NCBI GenBank assembly: GCA_041650855.1
Contig: JBAZKJ010000002.1
Span: forward strand, 284,280-348,279
DNA: 64,000 nt
From: Candidatus Margulisiibacteriota bacterium
GTDB lineage: Bacteria > Margulisbacteria > WOR-1 > O2-12-FULL-45-9 > XYB2-FULL-48-7
Direction of reading: 5' to 3'
Shown here: piece after piece, positions 1 through 11,569 of the stretch
Layout: each line of letters starts with the position of its first letter
Numbering within the stretch: position 1 is the stretch's first letter
Translations under genes and position numbers: made by a program
Notes under the pieces: generated by a model
Seen by the model: the letters and a program-made list of their open reading frames with translations, nothing else
Told to the model about the DNA's origin: nothing
The model's database searches: none

Positions 1-2288
<2,288 letters not shown>

Positions 2289-2318
2289 GGTCTTAAACGG
2301 CGGAGCAGGTGACTCTCT

Positions 2319-3386
2319 TTACTCCGGCTTGATCCGTTTGACCTGGGGGCCGAAATAGCTGATCTTGTTGCCGCCGCGGATCTCGCGCCTAAGCTTTTCG
2401 CGTTTGACCAGATAGACCCGGGTGCCGATCGTGGTCGTTTCCGTGAAAACCGCGTCTAACAGCCGCTCTTTTTTTTCCGGCAGGCAGAGGACTTCAAGCT
2501 TGACCGCCGCTCGCTGCTTTTTCATCCTGATCGGCTGGACCGAAGCGTCCAGCGCGCCGGCCTTCATCAGCCGGGCGATCGCCCGGTCGTAATGCCGGGG
2601 ATCCATGTCATCGATGTTGGCCTCAATTTGTAAAATTGCATCATGCTCGGTCGGCGGCAGCGCCTCGCCGATAAAGACCCGGAGCAGATTGGGCCGGGAA
2701 AGGTCGAGCGAGCCGGCGCCATAACCGATATTTTCGACCTTCAGTTTCGGCATCTCCGCGAACTCGGCGATGGCGGTAATGATCGCCGCGCCGGTCGGCG
2801 TGACCAGTTCGCCTTTAAGGCCGGTCGAGTAAGTTGGCGCTCCTTTAAGCAATTCCGCCGTCGCCGGGGCGGGATTCGGGAGTATTCCGTGGGCGTGGGC
2901 GATCTTGCCTTGGCCGGCGGGCAGAGGGGAGCAATAAACTTTTTCGATCCCGAGCTTTTCCAGGCCGAGGCAAGCGCCGACAATGTCGATGATCGCGTCG
3001 ACCGCGCCGACCTCGTGGAAATGGACCTTGTTGACCGGGAGGCCATGGACTTTCGCTTCGGCTTGCGCCAGCCGCCGGAAGATCTGGCCGCTTAGCTTTT
3101 TGACCGGTGCCGACAACTTGCTCCGTTTAATGATCTTTAAAATGTCGGCTAAATTACGAGGCCGATCGTTTTTCTTGAAGTTAACGTTAAAGTAAGTGCC
3201 CGCCAATCCTCTCTTTTTGGTCTTGGAGATTATGATTTGTGCCTTGTTTGGAAGTTTGAAGTTGGAAGTTTGAAGTTTCTGAAGCTCAGCCAATAGATAA
3301 GTCTTATCTAAACCAGCATCCAGCAATGCTCCTAGTATCATATTCCCAGAGATACCGGTAGGGCAGTCAAAGTAGGCGATCTTCAT
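2319..3386 (-). CDS. larC: LarC-like nickel insertion protein (DUF111) of nickel-pincer nucleotide cofactor biosynthesis
   Basis: N-terminus MKIAYFDCPTGISGNMILGALLDAG is characteristic of LarC/DUF111. 355 aa. Overlaps the upstream larB by 4 nt. Confidence 0.7.
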   Translation of the reverse strand: MKIAYFDCPTGISGNMILGALLDAGLDKTYLLAELQKLQTSNFKLPNKAQIIISKTKKRGLAGTYFNVNFKKNDRPRNLADILKIIKRSKLSAPVKKLSGQIFRRLAQAEAKVHGLPVNKVHFHEVGAVDAIIDIVGACLGLEKLGIEKVYCSPLPAGQGKIAHAHGILPNPAPATAELLKGAPTYSTGLKGELVTPTGAAIITAIAEFAEMPKLKVENIGYGAGSLDLSRPNLLRVFIGEALPPTEHDAILQIEANIDDMDPRHYDRAIARLMKAGALDASVQPIRMKKQRAAVKLEVLCLPEKKERLLDAVFTETTTIGTRVYLVKREKLRREIRGGNKISYFGPQVKRIKPE

Positions 3387-4051
3387 TTGGCGATATAGTA
3401 GGCCATCACGGCGGCGCCGAAGCCGTTATCGATATTGACGACCGCGATGCCGGGCGAGCAGGCGTTGAGCATCGTCAGCAGGGCGGACAGGCCTTTAAAA
3501 CTGGCGCCGTAGCCGACGCTGGTCGGCACGGCGATGATCGGTTTGTCGATCACGCCGCCAAGGACCGAGGGGAGGGCCCCTTCCATGCCGGCGACGACGA
3601 TGATGACCCGGGCTTTTTTAAGTTTGTCCAGGTTGCTGAACAGGCGGTGGATGCCGGCGACGCCGACGTCGAACAAGCGCTCGACCCTCAGCCCGAGGAA
3701 GGCGGCGGTGACGGCGGCCTCTTCGGCCACGGGGAGGTCGGCGGTCCCGGCGGTCACGATGGTAACCAAGGAACCCGAGACTGAACGTCTCGGTCTCTTG
3801 AGAGCGGTAATGACCCCGGCAGTTTCGTGATACTGCGCGGCTTTAATGACTTTACGGACGGCGGTGAACGCCTTACGGTCCGCCCGGGTAGCCAGGACGT
3901 CATGGCCGTGCGACCAGATCTTTTTAGCTATCTCAGCGACCTGTCGCGGAGTCTTCCCGGCGCAATAAATGACCTCGGGGAATCCTTTCCGTTGGTGGCG
4001 ATGGTGGTCGACCTTGGCAAAGCCGAGATCTTCGTAATGGCGCGACTTCAT
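3383..4051 (-). CDS. larB: LarB-like pyridinium-3,5-biscarboxylic acid mononucleotide synthase (PurE/AIR-carboxylase-like)
   Basis: N-terminus MKSRHYEDLGFAKVDHHRHQRKGFPEVIYCAGKT and a C-terminal PurE-like fold. 222 aa. Confidence 0.7.
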   Translation of the reverse strand: MKSRHYEDLGFAKVDHHRHQRKGFPEVIYCAGKTPRQVAEIAKKIWSHGHDVLATRADRKAFTAVRKVIKAAQYHETAGVITALKRPRRSVSGSLVTIVTAGTADLPVAEEAAVTAAFLGLRVERLFDVGVAGIHRLFSNLDKLKKARVIIVVAGMEGALPSVLGGVIDKPIIAVPTSVGYGASFKGLSALLTMLNACSPGIAVVNIDNGFGAAVMAYYIAK

Positions 4052-4058
4052 GGGCTAA

Positions 4059-4901
4059 TTATATCACGACCAGCCCGCGCAGAACTTTCAGGTTCTCGCA
4101 GTCCTGTTGGAGATCGGGATCTTTCGGGGTTTCCAGGACCATCGGCAGCTGAGCAAAACGCTCATCGTTCATTAACAAACGAAAAGCTTCCAGGCCAAGC
4201 TTCCCCTTGCCGATGTGTTCGTGACGGTCTTTCTTGGTGCCGAGATCGGACTGGGAATCGTTGAGGTGAAAAGCCAGCAGGTTATCCAGGCCGATCGTTT
4301 TAGCGAACTGCTCCCAGGTTGAGTGGTATCCTTCAGCCGTTCTTAATTCGTAACCGGCCGCGAAAGCGTGGCAGGTATCAAAGCAAACTCCCATGCGTGC
4401 CGGTTCGCCGACCAGATCGAGGATCTCGGCCAGGTGTTCGAACTTATAACCGAGGTTGGTCCCCTGGCCGGCGGTCGTCTCTACTGCGATCTTGACCTGA
4501 TATCCCTTGGTTTGTCCGAGCAACTCTTTTATGTTCTTGGCGACTTTCTTTAATCCGGCTTCTTCGCCCTCGCCTAAATGCGAACCGGGGTGGAGAACAG
4601 TGAAGGGAAGGGCCAGGGACTCGGCTAAATCAAGCTCCTGGCGGAGGGACTGAAGGGACTTTTCCAGGTTGTCGGGATTGATTGCCGCCAGGTTGATCAG
4701 ATAACCGGTATGGGCAAAGGCCAAGATCGTCTTTTTCTGCCGGAAGGCCGCGATTTGTTCTGCCGGTATCTCTTTGCTGAGCCACTGGTTATTGTTCTTG
4801 ACGAAGAGCTGAATGGCGGTGCAGCCGATCGACAAACCCCGGTCAAGCGCCTGGTCGACCCCGCCGGCAATGGACATGTGGGCCCCGAGCAATCTAGCCA
4901 T
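4059..4901 (-). CDS. nfo: Deoxyribonuclease IV (endonuclease IV, AP endonuclease family 2)
   Basis: MARLLGAHMSIAGG...TIM-barrel xylose-isomerase-like AP endonuclease motifs. 280 aa. Overlaps rarA by 8 nt. Confidence 0.85.
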   Translation of the reverse strand: MARLLGAHMSIAGGVDQALDRGLSIGCTAIQLFVKNNNQWLSKEIPAEQIAAFRQKKTILAFAHTGYLINLAAINPDNLEKSLQSLRQELDLAESLALPFTVLHPGSHLGEGEEAGLKKVAKNIKELLGQTKGYQVKIAVETTAGQGTNLGYKFEHLAEILDLVGEPARMGVCFDTCHAFAAGYELRTAEGYHSTWEQFAKTIGLDNLLAFHLNDSQSDLGTKKDRHEHIGKGKLGLEAFRLLMNDERFAQLPMVLETPKDPDLQQDCENLKVLRGLVVI

Positions 4902-6207
4902 TTTTCTTTAATTCGTCCATCCGGGCGCGGATCTTCTTCTCAAAGCCGATGTCTTTCGGCTCGTAATACTTTTTACTGACCGGTAAATAGTCTTGTTTGA
5001 CGTAACCGCCCTGATAATCATGGGCGTATTTATACCCTTGCCCTTTACCCATTTTCTTTTCGCCTTCGTAAACGGCGTTCTTTAAATGGTCGGGAACAGC
5101 TAGCGTCGGGCTTTCCTCGACGTCTTTCATCGCATTATTGATCCCCAGATAGGCCGCGTTGCTTTTCGGCGCGGTGGCGACGTAGACGGCGGCCTGGGCG
5201 AGGGGGATCCGCGCTTCCGGCAGGCCGACGAACTCGGCGACCTGCATGGCCGAATTAGAGATCACCAAGGCTAACGGGTCGGCGTTGCCGACATCTTCGG
5301 CGGCGCAGATGACGATCCGCCGGGCGATAAAGCGCGGGTCCTCGCCGGCGTAGATCATCTTGGCCAGATAGTAGAGGACGGCGTCCGGGTCGGAACCGCG
5401 CATCGACTTGATGAACGCGGAGATCGTGTTGTAATGCTCTTCGCCTTTCTTGTCGTAAACGATCTTTTTCTTCTGGATCGATTCTTCGGCGACCTTCAGG
5501 GTGATATTAATATGCCCCTTCTTATCCGGCTTGGTCGAGAGGACGCCGAGCTCCAGGGCAGAGAGGGCTCGTCTGGCATCACCGTCGGAAAGCTTGGCCA
5601 GATGCTCCAGGGCGTCGGCCGCGATCTTCACCTTGAGCTTGCCGAAGCCGCGTTCTTTATCGTTGATGGCCGTAGTGATCAACTGTTGCAGGTCGTCAAC
5701 GGCCAGCGGTTTGAGCTCAAAGATCTGCGAGCGGGAGACGAGGGCGGAATTAACGTAAAAGAACGGGTTCTCGGTCGTTGCGCCGATCAGGATCATGTTC
5801 CCTTCTTCCACGTCCGGCAGGAGCGCATCCTGCTGGAGCTTGTTGAAACGGTGGATCTCGTCCAGGAAAAGGATCGTCCGTGCCTTGTGGAGCTTGATCC
5901 GCTCTTTGGCTTCCAGGCTTACCCGGCGGATGTCGTCGACCTTGGCAACCGAAGCGTTGAGCCATTCAAAGTGCCCTTTAGTCGTGTTAGTTATTACCCT
6001 GGCGATGGCAGTTTTGCCGATACCGGGCGGGCCGTAGAGAATGACCGAGGTGACCTTGTCGGTCTCGATCAACCGCCGCAGCAGCTTGCCGGGGCCGATG
6101 ATGTGCGCCTGGCCCACGACCTCGTCCAGCGTGCGCGGCGCCATCCGATAAGCCAGAGGAGCGTCGTTTTGTTTAAAATCGGCCAGATTTTTGTCGAACA
6201 AGTCCAT
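4894..6207 (-). CDS. rarA: Replication-associated recombination protein A (AAA+ ATPase MgsA/RarA)
   Basis: Walker A GPPGIGKT, Walker B ILFLDEIHRF and MgsA C-terminal domain. 437 aa. Confidence 0.85.
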   Translation of the reverse strand: MDLFDKNLADFKQNDAPLAYRMAPRTLDEVVGQAHIIGPGKLLRRLIETDKVTSVILYGPPGIGKTAIARVITNTTKGHFEWLNASVAKVDDIRRVSLEAKERIKLHKARTILFLDEIHRFNKLQQDALLPDVEEGNMILIGATTENPFFYVNSALVSRSQIFELKPLAVDDLQQLITTAINDKERGFGKLKVKIAADALEHLAKLSDGDARRALSALELGVLSTKPDKKGHINITLKVAEESIQKKKIVYDKKGEEHYNTISAFIKSMRGSDPDAVLYYLAKMIYAGEDPRFIARRIVICAAEDVGNADPLALVISNSAMQVAEFVGLPEARIPLAQAAVYVATAPKSNAAYLGINNAMKDVEESPTLAVPDHLKNAVYEGEKKMGKGQGYKYAHDYQGGYVKQDYLPVSKKYYEPKDIGFEKKIRARMDELKKNG

Positions 6208-6244
6208 AACTTAATTATATCACCCTTTACCGGGGAAAATCGGC

Positions 6245-6273
6245 TTGCGCCGGACGGCAGGATTTATTATAAT
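6245..6273 (+). promoter_or_regulatory. Sigma-70-like promoter (TTGCGC-N17-TATAAT) for the hydrogenase operon
   Basis: -35 TTGCGC at 6245-6250 and -10 TATAAT at 6268-6273 with a 17-nt spacer, in the divergent rarA / hydrogenase intergenic region. Confidence 0.4.
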
Positions 6274-6282
6274 ATATGTAAC

Positions 6283-6305
6283 AACCCCACCTAACGGGTG
6301 GGGTT
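6283..6305 (+). promoter_or_regulatory. GC-rich 9-bp stem-loop in the 5' leader of the hydrogenase operon
   Basis: AACCCCACC-taacg-GGTGGGGTT perfect inverted repeat, 18 nt upstream of the ATG at 6324. Confidence 0.4.
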
Positions 6306-6323
6306 TGTCGTGTCAAACGCCTG

Positions 6324-9300
6324 ATGAAAAACGAAGCATTAGTCTTAAGCGCGGTCCTTGTTCCCGTTATCGGGGCATTCTTGCTGCCGCTGGCCGGTTT
6401 TATCTCCAAGCAGCTCCGTAACTGGCTGGCGCTGCTGCTGGTGGCGGTCCCGTTGCTTGCCTCGGCCTTGCTGCTGCCGCACGCTTTCAGCGGGGCGAAA
6501 GTTCTCTGTTTCATTATCGACCCGCTCTCGCTTTTTATGGCGCTGGTCTCCGCCGGCATCGGCCTGATCATTGTGCTCTACTCATTCGATTATATCGACC
6601 ATTACGCTAACCAGAACGAATATTACCTGATGGTCGTCCTTTTCCTCGGCTCAATGATGGGGCTGGTCTACTCCAATAACCTGATCGCTTTGTACGTCTT
6701 TTGGGAACTGACGGCGATCGCCAGCTGGCGGCTGATCGGCTTTTACCGGGAGCCCAAAGACGTGCTTAAGGCCGATAAGGCTTTTTTGGTCACCGCTTTT
6801 GGCGCGCTTCTGATGCTGTTGGCTTTTGTCGCTATTTATCAATTGACCGGAACATTGGAATTGACCGGGATGGTCGGTTACGCGCTCCCCGGGTCGCTGG
6901 TCGCCCTGATCCTGGCCGGTATCTTGAGCAAATCGGCCACACTGCCGTTCCATACCTGGCTTCCCGACGCCGGCGTCGCGCCTTCGCCGGTCACCGCCTT
7001 GCTTCACGCGGCGGTCCTGGTCAAGATCGGCGTTTACGTTTTTGCCCGGTTGTTCCTGGCCACCTTTGCCATTGGGCAATTCTGGCATACCGCCGTACCG
7101 GCGATCGCGGCGGTCAGCGCGCTGGTCGCGGCCGGCGCCGCGCTGGTCGAGACGGACATCAAACGGATCGTTGCTTATTCCACGGTCAGCCAGATCGCTT
7201 TCATTTTCTTCGGGTTGGCGATCAATAACGTGATCGGAGTGGTGGGGGGACTTCTTTACATATTAATGCACGGCCTGGCCAAAGCCGGGCTCTTCCTCTC
7301 GGCCGGGATCATCGAACAGAACACCAAGACCAAAGATATCACCTTGATGGGCGGCTTGATCAAAACAATGCCGGTGACGGCGGTCTCGTTCCTCTTTTGC
7401 GCCTTTTCCGTCATGGGGATACCGCCTTTTGGCGGATTCTTCAGCAAGTATTTGGTGATCGCCGGCGGCCTGCGGAGCGGCGAGCTTTGGATCACGTTCG
7501 CTTTTGTGCTCGGCGCCTGCCTGACGATCCTTTATCTGCTCCGGCTCTTTACCCTGGTCTTTCTCGGCGAGCCGCGCGGAGTAACGGCCAAGGAAGGGTC
7601 CTGGTTGATGGTCGCCTGCGTCGCTTTCCTGGCTTTTCTTTCCCTGGCCGCGACGCTGGTCATCAACCTGCCGCTTAACTATTTAATGAAAGCTTTCGGC
7701 CACGCCGACCTCGGCCTGGCGGTGCTTTTCCGGTTCGATCATTTCGGCGTGCTGATCGCCGGGGCGATCGTGGCGTTCGCCGCCCTGGTGGCGCTTTATT
7801 CGCTGGTCTTCATGAAGGGGAAAGAGGGGGCCGGCCAGTTCTGGCTTTATCTGTTATTGACCGTGATCATGTCGGTCGGGGCGGTCCTGGCGAACAACCT
7901 GATCCTCTTCCTCTTTTTCTGGGAAGGTTTGCTGTTGACCCTGTTTGGTATGATCTACATAGGCGGACGCGCTTCGTTTCGCACGGCCGTTAAAGCGTTC
8001 GTGATCGTCGGGATCACCGATCTTTGCTTAATGGCGGGCTTGGCCTTGACCGGTTTACTGGCCGGGACCTTTGTGATGTCGGCAATCGCGCTGCCGGTCA
8101 CCGGTTGGCCGGCGCTGGCCTTTGTCCTCCTGATGATCGGCGCGCTGGCGAAGGCGGGCGCGATGCCGTTCCACAGCTGGATCCCGGACGCGGCCAAGGA
8201 CGCGCCGCTGCCGTTCATGGCTTTTGTCCCCGGCGCGCTGGAAAAGCTGCTCGGCATCTACTTTTTGACCCGCATCAGTCTGGAGCTGTTCCGTCTGACT
8301 CCGCATTCCTCGCTTAGCTATTTGTTAATGATCATCGGCGGCGTCACGATCGTTCTGGCGGTCATGATGGCGCTGATCCAAAAGGATTTTAAAAAGCTCC
8401 TTTCTTATCACGCGATCAGCCAGGTCGGCTACATGGTCCTGGGGATCGGCACGGCGGTGCCGGCCGGCATCGTCGGCGGCCTGTTCCACATGCTCAATAA
8501 CGCTTTGTATAAATCGTGCCTTTTCCTGACCGGCGGCGCGGTGGAAAAAGAGGCGGGGACGACCGACCTCAGCAAGCTCGGCGGTCTTGGCGGGAAAATG
8601 CCGGTCACTTTCGGCTGTTTCATTATTGCCGCTCTTGCGATCTCGGGGGTGCCGCCGTTCAACGGTTTCTTCTCCAAAGAGCTGATCTATGACGGAGCGC
8701 TCGAGCGGGGTTGGCTCTTCTATCTGATGGCGGTCGGCGGCTCGTTCCTGACCGCCGCTTCGTTCCTGAAGCTTGGCCACGCGGCGTTCCTGGGCAAGGT
8801 TGCGGCGGCCAACCAAAACGTCAAAGAAACTTCGTGGCTGATGCTGCTGCCGATGATCGTGATCGCGGCGGTCTGCGTCCTCTTCGGCGTTTACAACGTT
8901 CTGCCGGTCAAGTATTTGCTCCAGCCGGTACTGGCGCCGCATTTGCTGGAAGGGCATAACTTTTACGGCTTGCCGTCCAATCTCCTGCTGATCGCGATCA
9001 CTCTCCTGGTCCTGATCGGCGCGCTGCTCAATCATCTTTACGGCGTCAGGAAGACCGGCCAGGGCTTAGGGGCGGTCGATCATATCCACTACGCACCGGG
9101 GCTCCATCAGGCTTATGATCTGGCCGAAAAGAAGGCTTTTGACCCTTATGAGATTGGGATGAAAGGGGTCGGGGCCCTGTCGCGGCTCTTGTATAAGCTG
9201 GACCGCTTGATCGACGGATTTTACGAGGTGGTCGTGGTTAAACTGGTGGAGTGGGGATCGGCCCTGACCCGCCGGGTGCAGAGCGGCAACGTCAGCGCCT

Positions 9301-9356
9301 ATGTCGCCTGGTCGCTGGTCGGCGGCCTGACCGTGCTCTGGTTGGTGTTGAGGTAA
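6324..9356 (+). CDS. Hydrogenase membrane subunit: fusion of two NuoL/MnhA-type antiporter-like modules
   Basis: 1010 aa, polytopic. Two separate copies of the proton-antiporter core (…GIPPFGGFFSKYLVIAG… and …GVPPFNGFFSKELIYDG…). Confidence 0.7.
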   Translation: MKNEALVLSAVLVPVIGAFLLPLAGFISKQLRNWLALLLVAVPLLASALLLPHAFSGAKVLCFIIDPLSLFMALVSAGIGLIIVLYSFDYIDHYANQNEYYLMVVLFLGSMMGLVYSNNLIALYVFWELTAIASWRLIGFYREPKDVLKADKAFLVTAFGALLMLLAFVAIYQLTGTLELTGMVGYALPGSLVALILAGILSKSATLPFHTWLPDAGVAPSPVTALLHAAVLVKIGVYVFARLFLATFAIGQFWHTAVPAIAAVSALVAAGAALVETDIKRIVAYSTVSQIAFIFFGLAINNVIGVVGGLLYILMHGLAKAGLFLSAGIIEQNTKTKDITLMGGLIKTMPVTAVSFLFCAFSVMGIPPFGGFFSKYLVIAGGLRSGELWITFAFVLGACLTILYLLRLFTLVFLGEPRGVTAKEGSWLMVACVAFLAFLSLAATLVINLPLNYLMKAFGHADLGLAVLFRFDHFGVLIAGAIVAFAALVALYSLVFMKGKEGAGQFWLYLLLTVIMSVGAVLANNLILFLFFWEGLLLTLFGMIYIGGRASFRTAVKAFVIVGITDLCLMAGLALTGLLAGTFVMSAIALPVTGWPALAFVLLMIGALAKAGAMPFHSWIPDAAKDAPLPFMAFVPGALEKLLGIYFLTRISLELFRLTPHSSLSYLLMIIGGVTIVLAVMMALIQKDFKKLLSYHAISQVGYMVLGIGTAVPAGIVGGLFHMLNNALYKSCLFLTGGAVEKEAGTTDLSKLGGLGGKMPVTFGCFIIAALAISGVPPFNGFFSKELIYDGALERGWLFYLMAVGGSFLTAASFLKLGHAAFLGKVAAANQNVKETSWLMLLPMIVIAAVCVLFGVYNVLPVKYLLQPVLAPHLLEGHNFYGLPSNLLLIAITLLVLIGALLNHLYGVRKTGQGLGAVDHIHYAPGLHQAYDLAEKKAFDPYEIGMKGVGALSRLLYKLDRLIDGFYEVVVVKLVEWGSALTRRVQSGNVSAYVAWSLVGGLTVLWLVLR

Positions 9357-9359
9357 ACA

Positions 9360-10766
9360 ATGAGCTATTTACTGTTATTTTTGCCTTTGGCCGCGCTGAT
9401 CGCGATGAACCTGGTCCCGGCCCGGTTCCGGACCAGGAGCGCGCTGGCGCTGGCCGCGGCGATCTGCCTGGCGCAGATCGCGATCGTGCTGGTCAATCCG
9501 ACCGGTTTTTGGGACCGGCTGATCATTGCCGAGCTGGAACCGGTCTTCGGTTTTAATCTGCAGATCAGCGGCCTGGCCGTGGTCATGATGCTGACGGCCG
9601 GTTTGGTCTCGCTGGCCGCCCTGCTGGTGGCCGCCGCTACCTGGCGGCGGGAAAATGACCTGCTTAATTTTTCTTCCCTCCTGATGATCGCCCTGATCGG
9701 GATGAACGGGATCGCCATGGTCAACGGCCTGTTCCAGCTCTACATCTTTATCGAAGTGACCGCCCTGGCGACGTTCGTCCTGATCTGCCTCCGCCATGAC
9801 CGGCTGGCTTTTGAGGGGGTCTGGAAATATCTCCTGCTTTCCGTCGTCGCCAGCGTCATGATGCTGGCGGCCATCGGCCTTGGGTTGATCTTCGCGCCGA
9901 GCAATACTTTCATCGCCCTGCGGCAGGCGATCCCGGCCGCGGCCGGGAGTTTCGCGCCCCGGGCGGCGATCGCCCTTTTTCTCAGCGGACTGCTGATCAA
10001 GAGCGGGGTCGTGCCGTTCCACGGCTGGCTGCCCGACGCGTACTCGTCGGCGCCCGGCCCGGTCGCCGTTCTTTTGGCCGGCATTATCACTAAGGCTACC
10101 GGCGTCTTTGCCTTGATCCGTTTAGTCAGCGAAGTTACCGGCCCGGCGCCGGTCGCCAATATCCTCTTATTGACCGGAGCGCTGTCGGTCGTGGTCGGCG
10201 CGCTGGCGGCCCTCGGCCAAACGGACGTTAAAAGACTGCTGGCTTATTCGAGCATCAGCCAGATCGGCTACATTATATTGGCGTTAGGCGCGGGGACCAG
10301 ACTGGGCTTGTTGGCCGCGCTGTTCCATTTCTTTAATCATGCTGTGTTCAAGTCCCAGCTGTTCGCCAATGCCGCCGCGCTGGAAGAACAGACCGGCAGT
10401 ACCGATCTGAACAAGATCGGCGGACTGGGCGGGAAAATGCCGGTGACCGGGGTAACGATGCTGATCGCTTCGCTCTCGACGGCCGGTTTGCCGCCGCTGG
10501 CCGGGTTCTGGAGCAAACTGGCGGTCGTCATGGCGCTCTGGTTCGCCGGCCAATATGTTTACGCGTTGATCGCCGTTTTGGCCAGCGTGTTGACCCTGGC
10601 GTATTTCCTGCTGCTGCAGCGGAAACTGTTCTTTGGCCGGGTCGATCCGGCGATGAGCGGCGTGACCGAGGCCGGCGCGCTGTTACTGCTGCCGGCGGTC
10701 GGCCTGTCCGTTATCACCGTGCTGCTGGGCCTGGCGCTGCCGCTCTTTTGGCTGGTGGGGAGATAA
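9360..10766 (+). CDS. Antiporter-like membrane subunit (NuoN/NuoM/MnhD-like)
   Basis: 468 aa, with a GLPPLAGFWSKLAVV core motif. Confidence 0.7.
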   Translation: MSYLLLFLPLAALIAMNLVPARFRTRSALALAAAICLAQIAIVLVNPTGFWDRLIIAELEPVFGFNLQISGLAVVMMLTAGLVSLAALLVAAATWRRENDLLNFSSLLMIALIGMNGIAMVNGLFQLYIFIEVTALATFVLICLRHDRLAFEGVWKYLLLSVVASVMMLAAIGLGLIFAPSNTFIALRQAIPAAAGSFAPRAAIALFLSGLLIKSGVVPFHGWLPDAYSSAPGPVAVLLAGIITKATGVFALIRLVSEVTGPAPVANILLLTGALSVVVGALAALGQTDVKRLLAYSSISQIGYIILALGAGTRLGLLAALFHFFNHAVFKSQLFANAAALEEQTGSTDLNKIGGLGGKMPVTGVTMLIASLSTAGLPPLAGFWSKLAVVMALWFAGQYVYALIAVLASVLTLAYFLLLQRKLFFGRVDPAMSGVTEAGALLLLPAVGLSVITVLLGLALPLFWLVGR

Positions 10767-10767
10767 G

Positions 10768-11259
10768 ATGTTGAACCTGGCATTATTGATCTTGCTCGTG
10801 ATCGTCGCGCTCTGGACCGCGCTGACGCCGCTGCTGTTGCGGTCGGCGATCGGCCTGGCTCTGACCAGCGTCCTGTTGACGGTGATCATGTTCCGCTTTA
10901 ACGCCCCGTACGCGGCCGCGTTCGAACTGTCGGTCTGTGCCGGTTTGATCCCGGTCATTTTTATCAGCATCATCAGCTTAACTCACCGCCTGCCGCTCAA
11001 AGAGTTCCTAAAAAGGCGCGAGAGCCGGATCAGCCGTTTCTGGCCGCTGCCGCTCTTGCTGCTGGCCGCAGCGGCCGGTCTTTATTTTGTCCGGGTCCCG
11101 CTCAATCTGGCTCTGCCCTGGCCGGAAACGATCGGCGATGTCCGGGTCGTCCTCTGGGAATACCGGCGGATCTACCTGTTCGGGCAGGTCATGGTCCTGC
11201 TGGCCGGAGTGTTCGGCGTCCTGGTGCTTTTCCGGGAGAGGAAAAAAGATGAACATTGA
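10768..11259 (+). CDS. Mrp/Mbh small membrane subunit (MnhB-like)
   Basis: 163-aa hydrophobic protein in an operon with antiporter modules. Start overlaps the previous stop. Confidence 0.5.
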   Translation: MLNLALLILLVIVALWTALTPLLLRSAIGLALTSVLLTVIMFRFNAPYAAAFELSVCAGLIPVIFISIISLTHRLPLKEFLKRRESRISRFWPLPLLLLAAAAGLYFVRVPLNLALPWPETIGDVRVVLWEYRRIYLFGQVMVLLAGVFGVLVLFRERKKDEH

Positions 11260-11569
11260 GCAAACGCTGTTTTTCTGGCAATACGCGTCGGCGGCGATCT
11301 TATTGATAGTGATCGGCTTCTACTGCCTGCTGGTCACTTACAACCTGTTCCGCGTCCTGATCGGCCTGGAATTGCTGATCAAGGGGGTAACTTTGTTCCT
11401 GCTGGCCGCCGGGGTGTTGGGCGGGCACGGCGCGGTCAGCCAGGGGATGATCATTACCGTGATCGTGATCGAGGTCGTGGTGATGATCGTCGCCGCCGGG
11501 GTAGTGCTGGCTTTCCAGAACGAATATGATTCGCTTAACGTCAAGAACGCGAGGCAACTGAAAGGATGA
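11249..11569 (+). CDS. NuoK/MnhC-like small membrane subunit
   Basis: MNIEQTLFFWQYASAAILLIVIGFYCLL..., three TM segments typical of NuoK/MnhC. The ORF-track 11087 start is an upstream extension overlapping the preceding gene; the ATG at 11249 follows AAAAAG. Confidence 0.55.
   Translation: MNIEQTLFFWQYASAAILLIVIGFYCLLVTYNLFRVLIGLELLIKGVTLFLLAAGVLGGHGAVSQGMIITVIVIEVVVMIVAAGVVLAFQNEYDSLNVKNARQLKG

Noticed and set aside
11087-11569. 160-aa ORF-track call overlapping the MnhB-like gene by 170 nt
   Set aside because: The upstream part is an out-of-frame read-through of the preceding gene. The conserved NuoK/MnhC-like protein starts at the ATG at 11249.
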